Position numbers and translations under genes: made by a program. The notes below the pieces were generated by a model. That model saw nothing but the letters and a program-made list of their open reading frames with translations, was not told the DNA's origin and searched no databases. From Chiloscyllium plagiosum (taxonomy: Eukaryota), in assembly GCF_004010195.1 (NCBI RefSeq), contig NC_057718.1:52180238-52244237 (forward strand): 64,000 bases of DNA, written 5' to 3'. Below, piece by piece: positions 26,657-39,212 of the stretch. Position 1 is the first letter of the stretch. The number at the start of each line of letters is the position of its first letter.

Positions 26657-26988
26657 GGAGATGATGACCTAGTGGCAGTACTGCTTGTCCACCTACCCAG
26701 GTAATGCTCTGGGGACTCGGGTTTGAATCCTGCGATTGCAGAAAAAGGAATCTGAATTCAATAAAAATCAGAAATTAAGAGTCTAATAATATGCATGAAA
26801 CTGAAGCAGATGAGTGGGAAAATTCCATTTAGTTTACAAAAGTCCTCAAGGGCAGGAAACTGTGGTCTTTATTTCTTCTGGCCTACATGTGACTCTAGAC
26901 TCACAATAATGTAAGTGACTCTTAACTGCCCTCTGGGCAATAAATGATGGCTTAGCCAGCAACACCCACATCCCATCAATTAATAAAG
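26657..26988 (+). mobile_element. Deu-domain (SacSINE1-like) tRNA-derived SINE
   Basis: B box gggtttgaatcc; core tggcctacatgtgactctagac..gactcttaactgccctctg; tail gggcaataaatgatggcttagccagcaacacccacatccc. Confidence 0.78.
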
Positions 26989-27574
26989 GATAATACATAT
27001 TCCTTTCTACTTAGAGTTCATCCAGCCCCCATCTAATTACGAGGATAACACTTGAGAATACCTCTTCTCCCTGCTCAAACACTTGCTCATTGTCCTCCAG
27101 AATAAATGAACCTCAAGTCAAACTTGCACTCATTTTTGCATTGTTATTCCTCAATCATGTCCTTATTTTGTGTGTTTCTTCATCTAATATTTGGCACCAT
27201 CCTCTAACCTGCTCCCTAATCAAATTGCAGGGACACCCAAATTCTGCTTGAGGTGCTGTTGGCATCCCTGAATGAGTAACATGAACACTTTCACAGGGTA
27301 TAATTAATAACCACATCATTGTTAACCTAATGATTTGTCCAAAATACATATTATGCAAAAATGCTTATTATCTGCTATGAAATTCACAAATTTTCTAGCT
27401 TTCCAATGAGGCTTCAACCTTACATTTAATATTGTTTGTGAATCTAATGTCCAGAAAATGCTCGAGCCTCCTCTTTTCTATAGCCAATATTGCACCTCAT
27501 AATAGTATTTTTCATTTTATTAAACCCAAGTGCGAGTTCAGATATTAAACTCTGTTCCTGGTGGGGACTATTTG

Positions 27575-28243
27575 ACACTAAATCAGCCCTGAAAAACTCC
27601 CACATCCACAGGAAGAGCACATCACTCTACGAAAGGCCGTCTTTGCTCCTTCACAATCTACAGATCCAGAAAATAGCACCTTCTTATTGTTCTAAAACAA
27701 AACAGTGCTCCAGGCTAACTTAGTACTTATGGTTTATATTTAAAAATTTAATCAAGAAACATATCTCAATAAAACATATAATCAAGAAAGAACCCACTCT
27801 ACTCACTACTGTAGACTTCCAGCAAGGTTACACATAAAAACTGTGCACTTATCTGTACCTGTGCTGCGAGCTCTCCCACACAGGTTCCTCCAAAGTCAGC
27901 TGTGAATTTCACTGTTCGTTAATTTTTCCAATGGCCAGATATACATGAACTCAAACAGCAAAGGCAAGAACTGTACAGATTCACTGTTGTGTCAGTCAGC
28001 AGTGTAGGTTTCTTTCTCTCTCTCCCTCACTGACCATGTGGTCACTGACTTTTGTCTGACTTCTTCCTTTTAAAAGTGCCGTTGTTGTGATCTTCTTCCC
28101 CCAAAATTCCAAAACAATGCAACAGCATATAAAACAATAATTACTGCTTCTGGAATTTGAGGAAATCACGTCCAACACCTAAAATAACTCAAAAAAAGGA
28201 GCAGCTCTTTCAACCACAATCTTTTCCCACCCTCCATCTTGGA
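27575..28243 (-). mobile_element. CR1 LINE 5' UTR and start of ORF1, without the 3' part
   Basis: Begins tccAAGATGG (YY1-like); ends in AFRRVMCSSC / MWEF, resembling the CxxC-MWE ORF1 N-terminus. Confidence 0.6.
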
Positions 28244-29041
28244 TTGTTTTATTGAGATCTGTCTCTTGATTAAACATCTTTCATTCCATTTTTGTTACAA
28301 ATAGAATAACTCAGAAAATATTTAATTCTTTTCTGATTAGAACCAGATTTGGAAAACTGTATCTAAATGTTGCTTCTATATAATAGAGCAGCTTCTATCG
28401 GTTAATAAAAAATCCCTTATTTAGAATCCCCTAATTATTTTTCTGCAAGCTTAACATTTTACTGTTGTACAATACAAGATGGTCATGAATCATTCTCTAT
28501 GTTATAGCATTTTGAAATTAATGGCGTTGACTCTGTTGTACTCTTCCTCACTACTCACAACAGCACAGTATAATTATGCTGCAATGATCAGTTCACAAAA
28601 TCGCACATGTAAGAGTATATTCCATATAACCAGCAACAGGCATGCATCAAAGATGGTCTAAAAGTCAGATTGTCACATTTCATACATTTGTTAAAATTAA
28701 CAAAACATTAACTCATTATATCACAAACATTTTTTTGAAAAATGACTCAAATCATTCTCTCAGGATCATTTAAAAATTAAACACTTCATTTACTTCCTCC
28801 CAAACTGAAGTTCTTTTGGAACCCATCCTCCCTCCCATATGAATATTTCGACAGTATGAAAGATGAAGCTTGAAATAAATGGCTCCTTTCAACCCCAATG
28901 TGCAACAAAATTATATAACTATTAGGAGCCTTGAATTTAAGAAGCAAATTCATAAAAAAGCAACTTACTGATCAAAGAAACAAAACTGTAATGTTTAAGA
29001 AATTCCAAAGATAAGAAGTGGTTCTGAAACAAGGAACTTAC

Positions 29042-29071
29042 CAGTCCTGTAGATGTTGCTAGAGATAACTC
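29042..29071 (-). pseudogene. Candidate 30-nt micro-exon
   Basis: ttttcttcatttctaag|GAGTTATCTCTAGCAACATCTACAGGACTG|gtaagt; length is a multiple of 3. Confidence 0.4.
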
Positions 29072-29299
29072 CTTAGAAATGAAGAAAATCTTAACTAGTT
29101 AATCCTTGCCATATGTTCAATGTTTTATTACAATTTTATACTCAAAATAAACATGTACTTTAAAAGAGAAAGGAATTGAAAGAACACAAAGGATTTCAAT
29201 TGGAAAAGTATTATGAATTTTAAGTACTTAACTCTGGAGATGATGTATTTTCCCTCTATGGTCTGATAGAGGTTTCTAAAGTTCTGAAGAGTTTTTATA

Positions 29300-29514
29300 G
29301 TCGAGAGTGTGGTGCTGGAAAAACACTGCAGATCAGATGGCATCTGAGGAGCAGGAGAATTGATGTTTTGGGCATAAGCCCTTCATCAGGAATTTCGGGC
29401 TTATGCCTGAAACGTCAATTCTCCTGCTCCTTGGATGTTGCATAACCTGCTGTGCTTTTCCAGCACCACACTCTCAATTCTGATCTCCAGCATCTGCAGT
29501 CCTCACTTTCTCCT
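29300..29514 (+). mobile_element. PLE family A palindromic insertion
   Basis: Inverted arms around cttcatcaggaatttcgggc; tail ctgatctccagcatctgcagtcctcactttctcct; 19-bp TSD with 3 mismatches (29284-29302 / 29517-29535). Confidence 0.88.
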
Positions 29515-30739
29515 CCCTGAAGTGTCTTTTTAGTCTATTCCTTGGTGAGGTATTGGAGATAAGTGATCTTCAACATAAGATTGCCAGCAAGAGTGTGGTA
29601 AGAATTTGGAAGAAATTTCTTAATTACAGGCAGAGCTGAGAAGGGCATAATTATGCCTTTTCAGGGAGAAACACGATCAAATATTAGAATCAGAGAAATC
29701 ATGGGGTTGATGGTGAGAGGTCAGAGCAGTAGTAGCTATTTTGGGCATATTCACACTAAATACAGACATAATGGGCCACATATCTTCCTTCTGCACTGCA
29801 ATCCTCTATGCTTTTATTGGATGAGTACTTAATATTCATAGTGTTAACATTTCTTTTTATTTAACATTCAATTCAGTAAATATTTCATTTTGGCACAATG
29901 CAGCTTCAGATTTTCTTGCAAATAATTTGTCTGTGTGTATAAAGCAGAAACTAAGTGCATGCAATGTTCTCATTTGTGTCAAATTACCAACCACTGTTTC
30001 CAGAATTGATTTCATACAATTTCCATGTCAAACATTTTTATTTTGACACAAAATGTGACAACATAGATATAATCATTGCCAGTTTCCAACTTCAGCCACT
30101 ATTACTTTAATGTGTGAGGCTACTTTATAGTTTCTACCATAATTAATAACATGGAACATATCTTATAACTTGAACCAATTTTATCAAAAAGAAGCATAAT
30201 AAAAAGTATGTGTCCACAGGTATTCCCAAATAACTAATAGAGTCTGTGACAACAAAGATCATTGACATTTGGAGGTGTGTGGGAGATGAAACCCCTGCTG
30301 TGCCCCATGCCATTCGGAGCTACACACTGAAGTTGCAGCAAGTAATTTGGTAGAGTTTCCAGAGGCTATACACTGCTGTATGCAGAATTTATCCAGGCCA
30401 TGAGCGGGTTCACATTTCAGACATAAATTTATGGCTTCTTCTATAAAGATGTTGTCAACCCTGATCCAGCAGATCATTGAACGCTTGTGAGAGGTGCAGA
30501 CATACTTTCATACCTTGACCTTGCCTCTGAACTCAACAAAGGAAAATCAGATGGGGAAGAGGCATCTGTATTCTCCTCCAGTTCTACTGGGGTGGTAAGG
30601 CTGTGCCTTGCAAGGGAGCAGAAGTGGCTGGCTTCCATATCTGGGGAGACGAGCACTTCAGTATTACAGTGTCAGAGAGGTTTCTCTTGTATAGAAGATT
30701 CTCAGTACGTCATAACTCTCTCGGCTCTTTAGCAACCAG

Positions 30740-30859
30740 ATGATAGCCAACAAGCTTATCCCAGGTCATGGGTCAGTTTGATCCATTTCTGCTGCATATG
30801 CATTGAGACCTCTTTGAGGAAACGGTCACAAATTTGTTCAGAAAAGTATACTCGTGTAC
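30740..30859 (-). pseudogene. Candidate pseudo-exon start, death-domain helices 1-2
   Basis: After ctag| reads TRVYFSEQICDRFLKEVSMHMQQKWIKLTHDLG*. Confidence 0.4.
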
Positions 30860-31039
30860 CTAGAATTCATAGTTGTTCAGTCTTGGCAAAGGTCTAGAAC
30901 TGACAGTATAGTCTAGATAAAATTTTGTCATTGTTGCTGATGTAGATCATTTATGTTTTACTATCTGCTCAGATGTCACCTCTACAATACTGTTCCCTCA
31001 ATGAGCTGCTGGCATTGGATAAGCTATTTTCTCAAGCGT

Positions 31040-31779
31040 AAAGAGAAAAAAAAACTGCAGATGCTTTGGAAAGCAAATCTTAGCAGGACTTATACATTTA
31101 ATGGTAAGGTCCAAGGGAGAGTTGCTGAACAAAAGGACCTTGGAGTGCAGGTTCATAGCTCCTTGAAAGTGGAGTCGCAGGTAGATACGATAGTGAAGAA
31201 GGTGTTCCTTTATTGGTCAGAGTATTGAGTACAGGAGTTGGGAGGTCATGTTGCGGCTGTACAGGACATTGGTCAGGCCATTGTTGGAATATTCTGTGCA
31301 ATTCAGGTCTCCTTTCTTTCGGAAAGATGTTGTGAAACTTGAAAAAGATTTACAAGAATGTTGCCAGGGTTGGAGGATCTGAGCTACAAGGAGAGGCTGA
31401 ACAGGCTGGGGCTGTTTTCCCTGGAGCGTCAGAGGCTGAGGGGTGACATTATAGAGGTTTACATATATGAATAGGAAGGGTTTGGAGGGATATGGGCTGG
31501 GTGCTGGCAGGTGGGACTAGATTGAGTTGGAATATCTGGTCGGCATGGACGGTTGGACCGAAGGGTCTGTTTCCATGCTGTACATCTCTATGACTTTATG
31601 ACTCAATGCTGAAATCCAAAATAGACAGGCAGGAGGCTGAAAGAACACAATAGCAAGATGTGGAGAAGTCGATGTTTCGGGTGTAACCTTTCTTGGGGTT
31701 ACACCTGAAATGGCGACTTCTCCACCTCCTGATGCTGCCTGGCTCACTGTGCTGTTCCAGCTTTCTGCCTGTCTATTTT
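31040..31779 (-). mobile_element. PLE palindromic insertion (third variant) split by a CR1
   Basis: Tail aaaactgcagatgct at 31050-31065 resumes atgctgaaatcc at 31606; arms aaaatagacaggcag / ctgcctgtctatttt; TSD ctattttctcaagYgt (31024-31039 / 31773-31788). Confidence 0.82.
31066..31605 (+). mobile_element. CR1 3' fragment with internal deletion
   Basis: KANLSRTYTFNGKV..EQKDLGVQVHSSLKV; ctctatga tail. Confidence 0.92.
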
Positions 31780-32065
31780 CTCAAGTGTGCCAATGAACAT
31801 GGATGGTTGGGAAAGAGAGGGAGAGTGCAAAGGACAGAGAGTAGTTTTCAATTGTCAATAAAGGAATTTCAACTAACAAACAGCCAGAGAAATTTGTACG
31901 CACTGAGGTAATAAAATCTCTGTAACTGAATGCTAAATCTCTTGAGCATCCAGGCTACATGTGTTCAAGTACCACTACACAGCGGAAGAATGTAGTTGGT
32001 GATATTCTAGATAGCACAGTGCCAATTGTTAAATTTAAATCCATGAATAAGATCTGAAATGGATA

Positions 32066-33315
32066 TACTTGATAGAGTTTTTTGAAGAAGTAACAAAGAG
32101 GATTGATAAGGGCAGAGTGGTAGATGTGATCTATATGGATTTCAGTAAAAAAAGGTTCTCCATGGAAGACTGGTTAGCAAGGTTAGATCTGTGAAATACA
32201 GGGAGAACGAGCCATTTTGATACAGAACTGGCTCAAAGGTAGAAGACAGAGAGTGGTGGTGGAGGGTTGTTTTTCAGACTGGAGGCCTGTGACCTGTGGA
32301 GTGCCACAAGGATCTGTGCTGGGTCCACTAATTTTCATCATTTATATAAATGTTTTGGATGTGAGCATAAGAGGTATAGTTAGTAAGTTTGCAGAAGACA
32401 CCAAAATTGGAGGTGTAGTGGACAGTGAAGAACATTACGTCAGATTACAATGGGATCTTGATGAGATGGGCCAATGGGCTGAGAAGTGGCAGATGGAGTT
32501 TTACTTTAGATAAATGTGAGGTGCTGCATTTTGGGAAAGCAAATCTTAGCAGGACTCATACACTTAATAGTAAGGTCCTAGGGAGTATTGCTGAACAAAG
32601 AGACTTGGAGTGCAGGTTCATAGCTCCTTGAAGGTGGAGTCACAGGAAGATAGGATAGTGAAAAAGACATTTTGTATGCTTTCCTTAATTGGTCAGAGTA
32701 TTGAGTAGAGGAGTTGGGAGGTCATGTTGCGGCTGTATAGGACATTGGTTAGGCCACTTTTGGAATATTGCATGCAAATCTGGTCTCCACCTTTTAAGAA
32801 GGATGTTGTGAAACTTGAAAGGGTTCAGAAAAGATTTACAAGAACGTTGCCAGGATTAGAGGATTTGAGCTATAGGGAGAGGCTGAATAGGCTCGAGCTG
32901 TTTTCACTGGAGCATCAGAGGCTGAGGGGTGATCTTATACAGGTTTATAAAATCATGAGGAGCATGGATAGGATAAATAGAGAAAGTCTCTTCTCTGGGG
33001 TGGAAAAGTCCAGAACTAGAGGGCATAGCTTTAGGGTGAGAGGGGAAAGATATAAAATAGACCTAAGGAACAACTTTTTCACACAGAAGGTGGTATGTGT
33101 ATGGAATGAGCTACCAGAGGAAGTGGTGGAGGCTAGTATGATTGCAACATTTAAAAGGCATCTGGTTGGGTATATGATTAGGAAGGGTTTAGAGGGATAT
33201 GGGCCAGGTGCTGGCAAGTGGGACAAGATTGGGTTGGGATATTTGGTCAGCATGGACAAGTTGGACCGAAGCATCCGTTTTCGTGCTGTACATCTCAATG
33301 ACTCTCTGACTCTAC
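32066..33315 (+). mobile_element. CR1 LINE, 5'-truncated RT and C-terminus
   Basis: GVPQGSVLGP, SKFAEDTK, LYRTLVRPLLEYC, RLRGDLIQVYK; frameshifted. Confidence 0.95.
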
Positions 33316-35094
33316 TAACAATTGCTGATTAAATTTGTTCAGTTCTGCCCAGATGAGATTTCAATCAGCAGCTGTGAGTTCACCAGTTTGTAAAAAGTGC
33401 ATTTAGGATTTCTTGTGTGTATATCTATATATCAGCTCTTCTGAAAAAAAGTGTTTATTGCCATGTTTTGTCCATTGTTTCGTGGTAAATTAAATACTAT
33501 GGCATTGAATAGATTAATGCTTTCCTTGTATGTTGGGATATTAATTTAATAGAGGCTCAATTATTATTAAGATATTGATGGATTCCTCTCTTTCTTTATG
33601 AAAGTCTAAATACTTCTTATATGAAGACAAAAATCAAAGGGAAATGTTCCTATTTGTTTGCATATTCTAATAAACATCTTAGTGAAAATGAAGACACGTA
33701 AATGCTGAATACCGAAAAATAGCTTCCATAAATTAAGTAGCTGTCCAAAAAGAAAATTGTTTGAATCTCAGGCCCTTATTTTTAATACAGGGGTGTCATC
33801 ATCCTATCCCATCTGCTGTCCCCATCCTGCACATTTTCCTCATGAGATGAGCTGCAACATTCATATTACGTTCCTGATGCAAGATCCCTCCCTCTGTGCA
33901 GTGCAAGGTTTACAAATCATAACTAAACAGACCGACATTACTTCACCACTACATCTCTGCAGCTGGCTAAGGAATAAATATCCAGATTGCTGACATGCAG
34001 AGAAATACCAGAGAGAAGGCATCTGCTCAGCCCTAGACAAGAGAGGACACTACAATGTCAGCAGTTTGTCACTCAGTTGATGTGCACAAGAGAAGCTGGC
34101 AGGTATTTTAGGGCAACTTGAAAGTACCTTTCTGATACCCATTGGAAACTGAACAGCTTCAGACATTAGAGTCAACTGCCTCCACGGATAGTTGCTGGCT
34201 GCCTCAGACAGTCAGGTCCAGCAGCCTCATGTGTATCACCTTTACTGTACGGGAGTCTATAACCTTCTCTGCATCCCAGCAAACTGCCTCCAAACCACAC
34301 AATTGAGTTTCACAGCTTCCTTCCCATCACAGTGCACCCTAATAAACTATCCCCACTCCTGATTTTTTTTAAACAAATGGACAGCCCTGAATGATGAGCA
34401 ACCAGACTCTGGAATGACTTCCATACAGCACCCCAGCCATCTTTACTCCAGGAGTGAATACACTGCGCCTCTGGAGCCAGACTGTAGAGGCACATACCTC
34501 CCAGCTGTGACTGCCCCAAGCTGTCGACTGATCATGTCCGCGCCCCTTGATGAATATTGGAATCTGCTTTTGACTTCCTCTGCTGGGACCCCTGAATGGA
34601 TGAGTGTGACCCTTGACTAAGGACTACTTCCTTTAGTCTCTGTGATATGGCTGTTTGATTGAAGTATTGGCGCATACATGACTGGTACATGAGCAGGAGA
34701 GAGATTGATATCACATGGTGCCATTTAGCAACATGTCCAGGCCCTTGATGGACCATTGATACCAACCATGACAAGCTGGCTTTGTGTCTGCACCAAAAAA
34801 CAAGGCAGGGCAGCAATACTGTTAGCCTTTAAGGTCTGGCTGAGGAGGCAAAGTACAAAAGGGCAAAATAAGGCAGGGAGATGCACTGTGATCCAGTACA
34901 TAAAATGGTTCCGAGTCCCAGTTGCAAAGTATCTTTGCAATAGCACTACAATGAGAGGTGCTGACATGCTCTACTGTGCAGCATTGAAGTGGAGAACCAT
35001 TCTGTCAATGATTTGGAGGTGTGCTAGGAGAATGCACTGAGGCTGGTATGTGTTGAATGCCAAGGTCTGAAGCCATGGGTTGCATGCAGTCACT

Positions 35095-35310
35095 ACTGTA
35101 GTGCTAGAGAAGCACAGCAGATCAGGCAGTATCCAAGGAGGAGGGGAATCAACATTTCGGGCAAAAGCCCTTCATCAGGAATGAGGCCTCATTTCTGATG
35201 AAGGGTTTTTGCCCGAAACATTGATTCTCCTGCTCTTCGGATGCTGCCTGACCTGTGTGCTTTTCCAGCACCACACTCCTGACTCTGATCTGCAGTCCTC
35301 ACTTTCTCCT
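35095..35310 (+). mobile_element. PLE family A palindromic insertion with hammerhead motif in both arms
   Basis: Axis tcaggaatgaggcctcatttctga; CTGATGA-AGGG..GCCC-GAAA on both strands; perfect TSD tgcatgcagtcact (35081-35094 / 35310-35323). Confidence 0.9.
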
Positions 35311-35516
35311 GCATGCAGTCACTGCCCATGTGATATGATCTAATTCCATAATTGGACAATGTGGGCTGCATAATACAGAGAGGGTGAAAGAATTTGTCAA
35401 CAATCTAGGATTGTCAGTCAGGTTTGCAGTATTGCACACTTGTGTGTACTGGGAGCGACATATACAAATAGACAGGGCCCTGTTCTTTGCAGATAGAAAG
35501 AACACAAAAAGAACAG

Positions 35517-35858
35517 GCAGCATAGTAGCTCAATGGTTGGTACTGCTGCATCACAGCACTAGGGACCCGGGCTCGATTCCAGCCTTAGGCGACTGTCTGA
35601 GTTGAGTTTGCATGATCTCCCCATGTCTGCATGGGTTTCCTCTGGGTGCTCTGGTTTTCTCCCACAGTGCAAAGATGTGCATGTTAGGTGGTTTGGCAAT
35701 GCTAAATTGCCCCATTGTGTCCAGGGATGTGCTGGCTAGATGGATTAGCCATGGGAAATGTGGGGTCATAGGGATAGGACAGGGGGCTATGTGTGGGTGG
35801 GTCAGTGCAGACTCAATGGGTTGAATGGCCTCTCTCTGCACTGTTGTGAGTCTATGTA
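35517..35858 (+). mobile_element. HE1-type V-SINE
   Basis: tagctcaatgg A box, gggctcgattcc B box, V domain. Confidence 0.88.
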
Positions 35859-35879
35859 TCAACTCAACAAAATAGGTGA

Positions 35880-36185
35880 CAGCCTGTCTCTGTTTTATTT
35901 CTCGAGGTTGTGCCTTGACCAATCAGAGTCATAAACAGGGGAGATTTAGTGTAATTGGTCAAGTATGCCATTAAAAAAATGAAACAAAGCTTGGAAGTTA
36001 ACTGTCAATCATCATTAGTGATTGCATTCTGCTTTGAAAAATTATTCATCAGATTCTACTTGCCATCCAATCAGTACTTCCCTAGTGTCTGGTATAAGTG
36101 CTATTATTTCTTTACTTTAGTATTTCTTGCAAATTGTCCTGATGAGTGCAGAACAAAAATGTTTTAACAAACGATTTTTTTAGCA
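35880..36185 (+). mobile_element. Penelope-like 3' fragment (further family) with decayed hammerhead motif
   Basis: ccaatcag boxes, a TATAA-like motif, then TTGTC-CTGATGA-GT(gcaga)AC-AAAAatgtttt-AACAA at 36134-36170. Confidence 0.55.
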
Positions 36186-36369
36186 ATCCAGTGGAAGGGA
36201 TGCTATAGTCTATGTCATATATATGTCATGTGCTTCCACACAACAACATGATCACAATTGTATGTTCTCCCTACATTTATCAAGAAATCACTTATTTCTG
36301 AACTGAAAGATGAGTGCTTTTCTACTGTAAGCTCACTGTAAGATCCCTTCAGTTCCCTATTGCAGAGAT

Positions 36370-37760
36370 GAATATTATTGCAACTCAGGAAGCAAAAAAG
36401 GAACTTCAGTGTTTTTTTGACCTTGACATTACTGAGGAAGTTGGGGATAAGCCTACTCTTTTGGTGTCAGCCATACAAGTCTTCAAGAAATCTAAGAGAA
36501 CCAGATTAGAATCTGTGTTGATATGTGGTCATGAAATCAAGCATTAAAATGAGATGGACACAAGATACGGATAGTCAGACATTGCAGAGAGTGTGAATGG
36601 TGTGAATACTTTGCTAAACTTGACTTTAATGCGGCTAACATCAAATTGAGCTTCCAAAAAAAATCAAGATATTTTACACAGTATCCTCCACATTGACACT
36701 GGACCTTTTTTGATTCAAGAGACTCGATTTTGATGTTAATTCAGCAGCTGAGGCATTCAGCACATGTTTCAGTCTGTAACTCAAGAACTTGAAGACACAC
36801 TGAACATTGACATTTTCATCTTCAGTCATACATGCACGCCTACAATTTTTTAGAGAATGTCATTTCACCTTGAAGACAGTTAACTGCTTGTTCAATTAAA
36901 ACAGTATGTTGCAAGTGAGTCATATGTTCAGTGGCAAAGGTATAACACCTTATCAATGTATGCAGGCAATTTGGAATCTGCTCAGACTCACATGTACAAT
37001 AGACACTTTTTCCCTAATTTTGTGACACAACTTGGTTCTTACACAATTTGATGACGGAGTCCACAAGGTAGAAGAATTCTCTTCCAAAGAAAGTGATGGA
37101 TGTCAAAACATGAAATGCTTTCAAGAGAGACTTCGATATAGGTTAATGGGATCAAAGACTATAGGGAGAAAGTGGGAAAAGGACACTGAGTGAGATGATC
37201 AGCATTGATCATGTGAAATAGCAGAGCAGACTCAACAAGCCAAATGGCCTACTCCTAATCCAATTTCTATGTTTCTATTAAGGTTATGGAATCTTGAAAG
37301 TGGAAAGATGTGATCAAGACAGTGTCTTCAAATTAAATAATGCATATACTGTAAGTCGTTTAACATGAGCTTATTTCTATAACCACATCTCATGGGACAT
37401 CTCATGTTATACAACAATTGTATTGTCATTCCACATTCATTGAAGGAGAGTTGTCGATGCAGCACATGAAGGTCTCGGGGGACTGTCAAAAACCAAATAG
37501 CTCTTAGAGACAAGATATGGTTCCAATGAATCGACAGTATGGTAGAGCAGAAAATCAATCAGTGTTTGCCACATCAAGCAATGACAACATCAAATCTTCG
37601 TGATCCTCTCAAGATGTTGGAAATATGTTTAGCTACACTCAACTTTGCATATCCTATGTGCTTGTTTTCATCAACCATGACATAGAGCCAATCAACATAT
37701 ATGCAAATGCAATTGAGAATAGAAGAATTGAATGAAAACATGACATTTAAAATGAGATTG
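36370..37760 (+). mobile_element. Ty3/Gypsy pol remnant (RT and integrase zinc-binding domain)
   Basis: KKELQCFFDLDITEEVGDKPTLLVSAI, QIRICVDM, YFAKLDFNA, FKRLDFDVNSAAEAF; then IVIPHSL..VVDAAHEG..VKTK..RDKIWF..VEQKINQCLPHQA. Confidence 0.85.
37075..37278 (+). mobile_element. CR1 3' end inserted in the Gypsy remnant
   Basis: gggatcaaagactatagggag..aatggcctactcct..ttctatgtttctat tail. Confidence 0.8.
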
Positions 37761-38569
37761 TAAAGCTGGGAAATAAAGTACTTGTGAAATGTGGTGGTTG
37801 CATTGGGAAACAAGCAACTTTCTGACATCTAGCCATTTGTGGCGAACAGCACGAAATATCAATGATCAATGTTCAACATTGTTTGCAAATCATCATGTGA
37901 AAACTGTCATTCTTCAAAGCGTTGAATACACCATTTGTGCACAAGGAATCAGACTCCAACATCAACATATAAGATGGAGATATGAGTCAGATCACATTAA
38001 ACTCGTAGGAATGCTGGTCCTTCATCATGATGTTTCTACCTCAGCCAATTAAATCAAATTATTTAAACCTGAGAGCAGGATCCAGAGGAATGAACAAGAG
38101 TCCCTGAGAGCATTAATTAAGCCCCATCAGAAATACAAATTTCAAGGAAGTTGTTGTATGTTTCCTATTCTGATAGCACAACACCCATTGAAAGGAAAAA
38201 AATACTTTTCCATGCAATGTTAAACTTTGTTGGAAAATATTCATATTAGGATTATATGTTACAATGCTAAATACACCAGAAGCAAATACATTTCACCTCT
38301 ATTTCTGCGTAGACTAAAAGAGTATGGATTTTTCAGCTGTAATTCAGTCGGTAGCACTCTCACCTCAGAAAATGGAATGTTATGCTGGAGGAGTGGTTCA
38401 TGTTTGGTGATGAAAAGTTGTTGGCAAGGTCATCTCTATATGACTGGCTCTTTCACAGCCATTTAGTGACAGTCTAGTGGCTTCAGATGAACATCAAACC
38501 CCATGTCTCAGCTTTGAGAGCTGCTGGCCACGTTGGCCAATCGATAACTGGCAATTCGCCATCTCAGTA

Positions 38570-39200
38570 GTTTCACCAATGACATTTCATCCATCATAAG
38601 GTCTGAAGTGAGGATGTTCATTTATGACTGCATGATGCAGAGCACAATCTGCATCTCCTCAGGTACCGAAGCAATCTCAGAACAAACACTCCAAAACTCG
38701 GATCATATTCAGGATTTGGCTGATAGATAGCAAGCGACATTCACACAAGTCCCAGGTAGCAACCATTTCCAACAAGAGGAATGCAACAAATGCTCCCAAC
38801 CCTAACTCCTTGGCATTATACCATCATTGGATCTACCATTTGCAACATTCTGGGCATTACCATTAACCAGAATATGAACTGGAATAAACACTAAAGCTAC
38901 AAGAGCAGATTAGAGACTGGGAACCATTTGGGGAATATCTCAGCTCCTGACTCCCTAATGTCTGTCCACCATCAGTAAGGTGCAGGACAGGATGATGATG
39001 GATTATTCACCACTTGCCTGGATAACTGCTGCACAACAACTCAAAAAAACCTCAACACCCTCCAGAACAAAGCAACCTGCTTGATTGGCACAGCATGCAA
39101 CACGTTCAACATACACACCCTGTGTCACTAACACATGGTTTTAGCAGAGCTTACCATCTGTAAGAGGCACTGCTACTACATAGAAAGCTTTCCCTGACAT
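38570..39200 (+). mobile_element. Older CR1/L2-group LINE (family X) RT fragment
   Basis: ccatcataaggtctgaagtgaggatgttc, cctgactccctaatgtctgtccaccatc; homologous to 49684-50017 and 53821-54285. Confidence 0.8.
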
Positions 39201-39212
39201 TTGCTCCAGACA

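Noticed and set aside
32724..33332. 202 aa ORF (and 52302-52847) as host genes
   Set aside because: Fragments of frameshifted CR1 ORF2.
33770..35080. GC-richer block resembling other Harbinger remnants (similar blocks at ~4180-4920, ~22360-23740, ~24800-25700)
   Set aside because: No transposase or Myb motif and no matched TIR pair could be confirmed.
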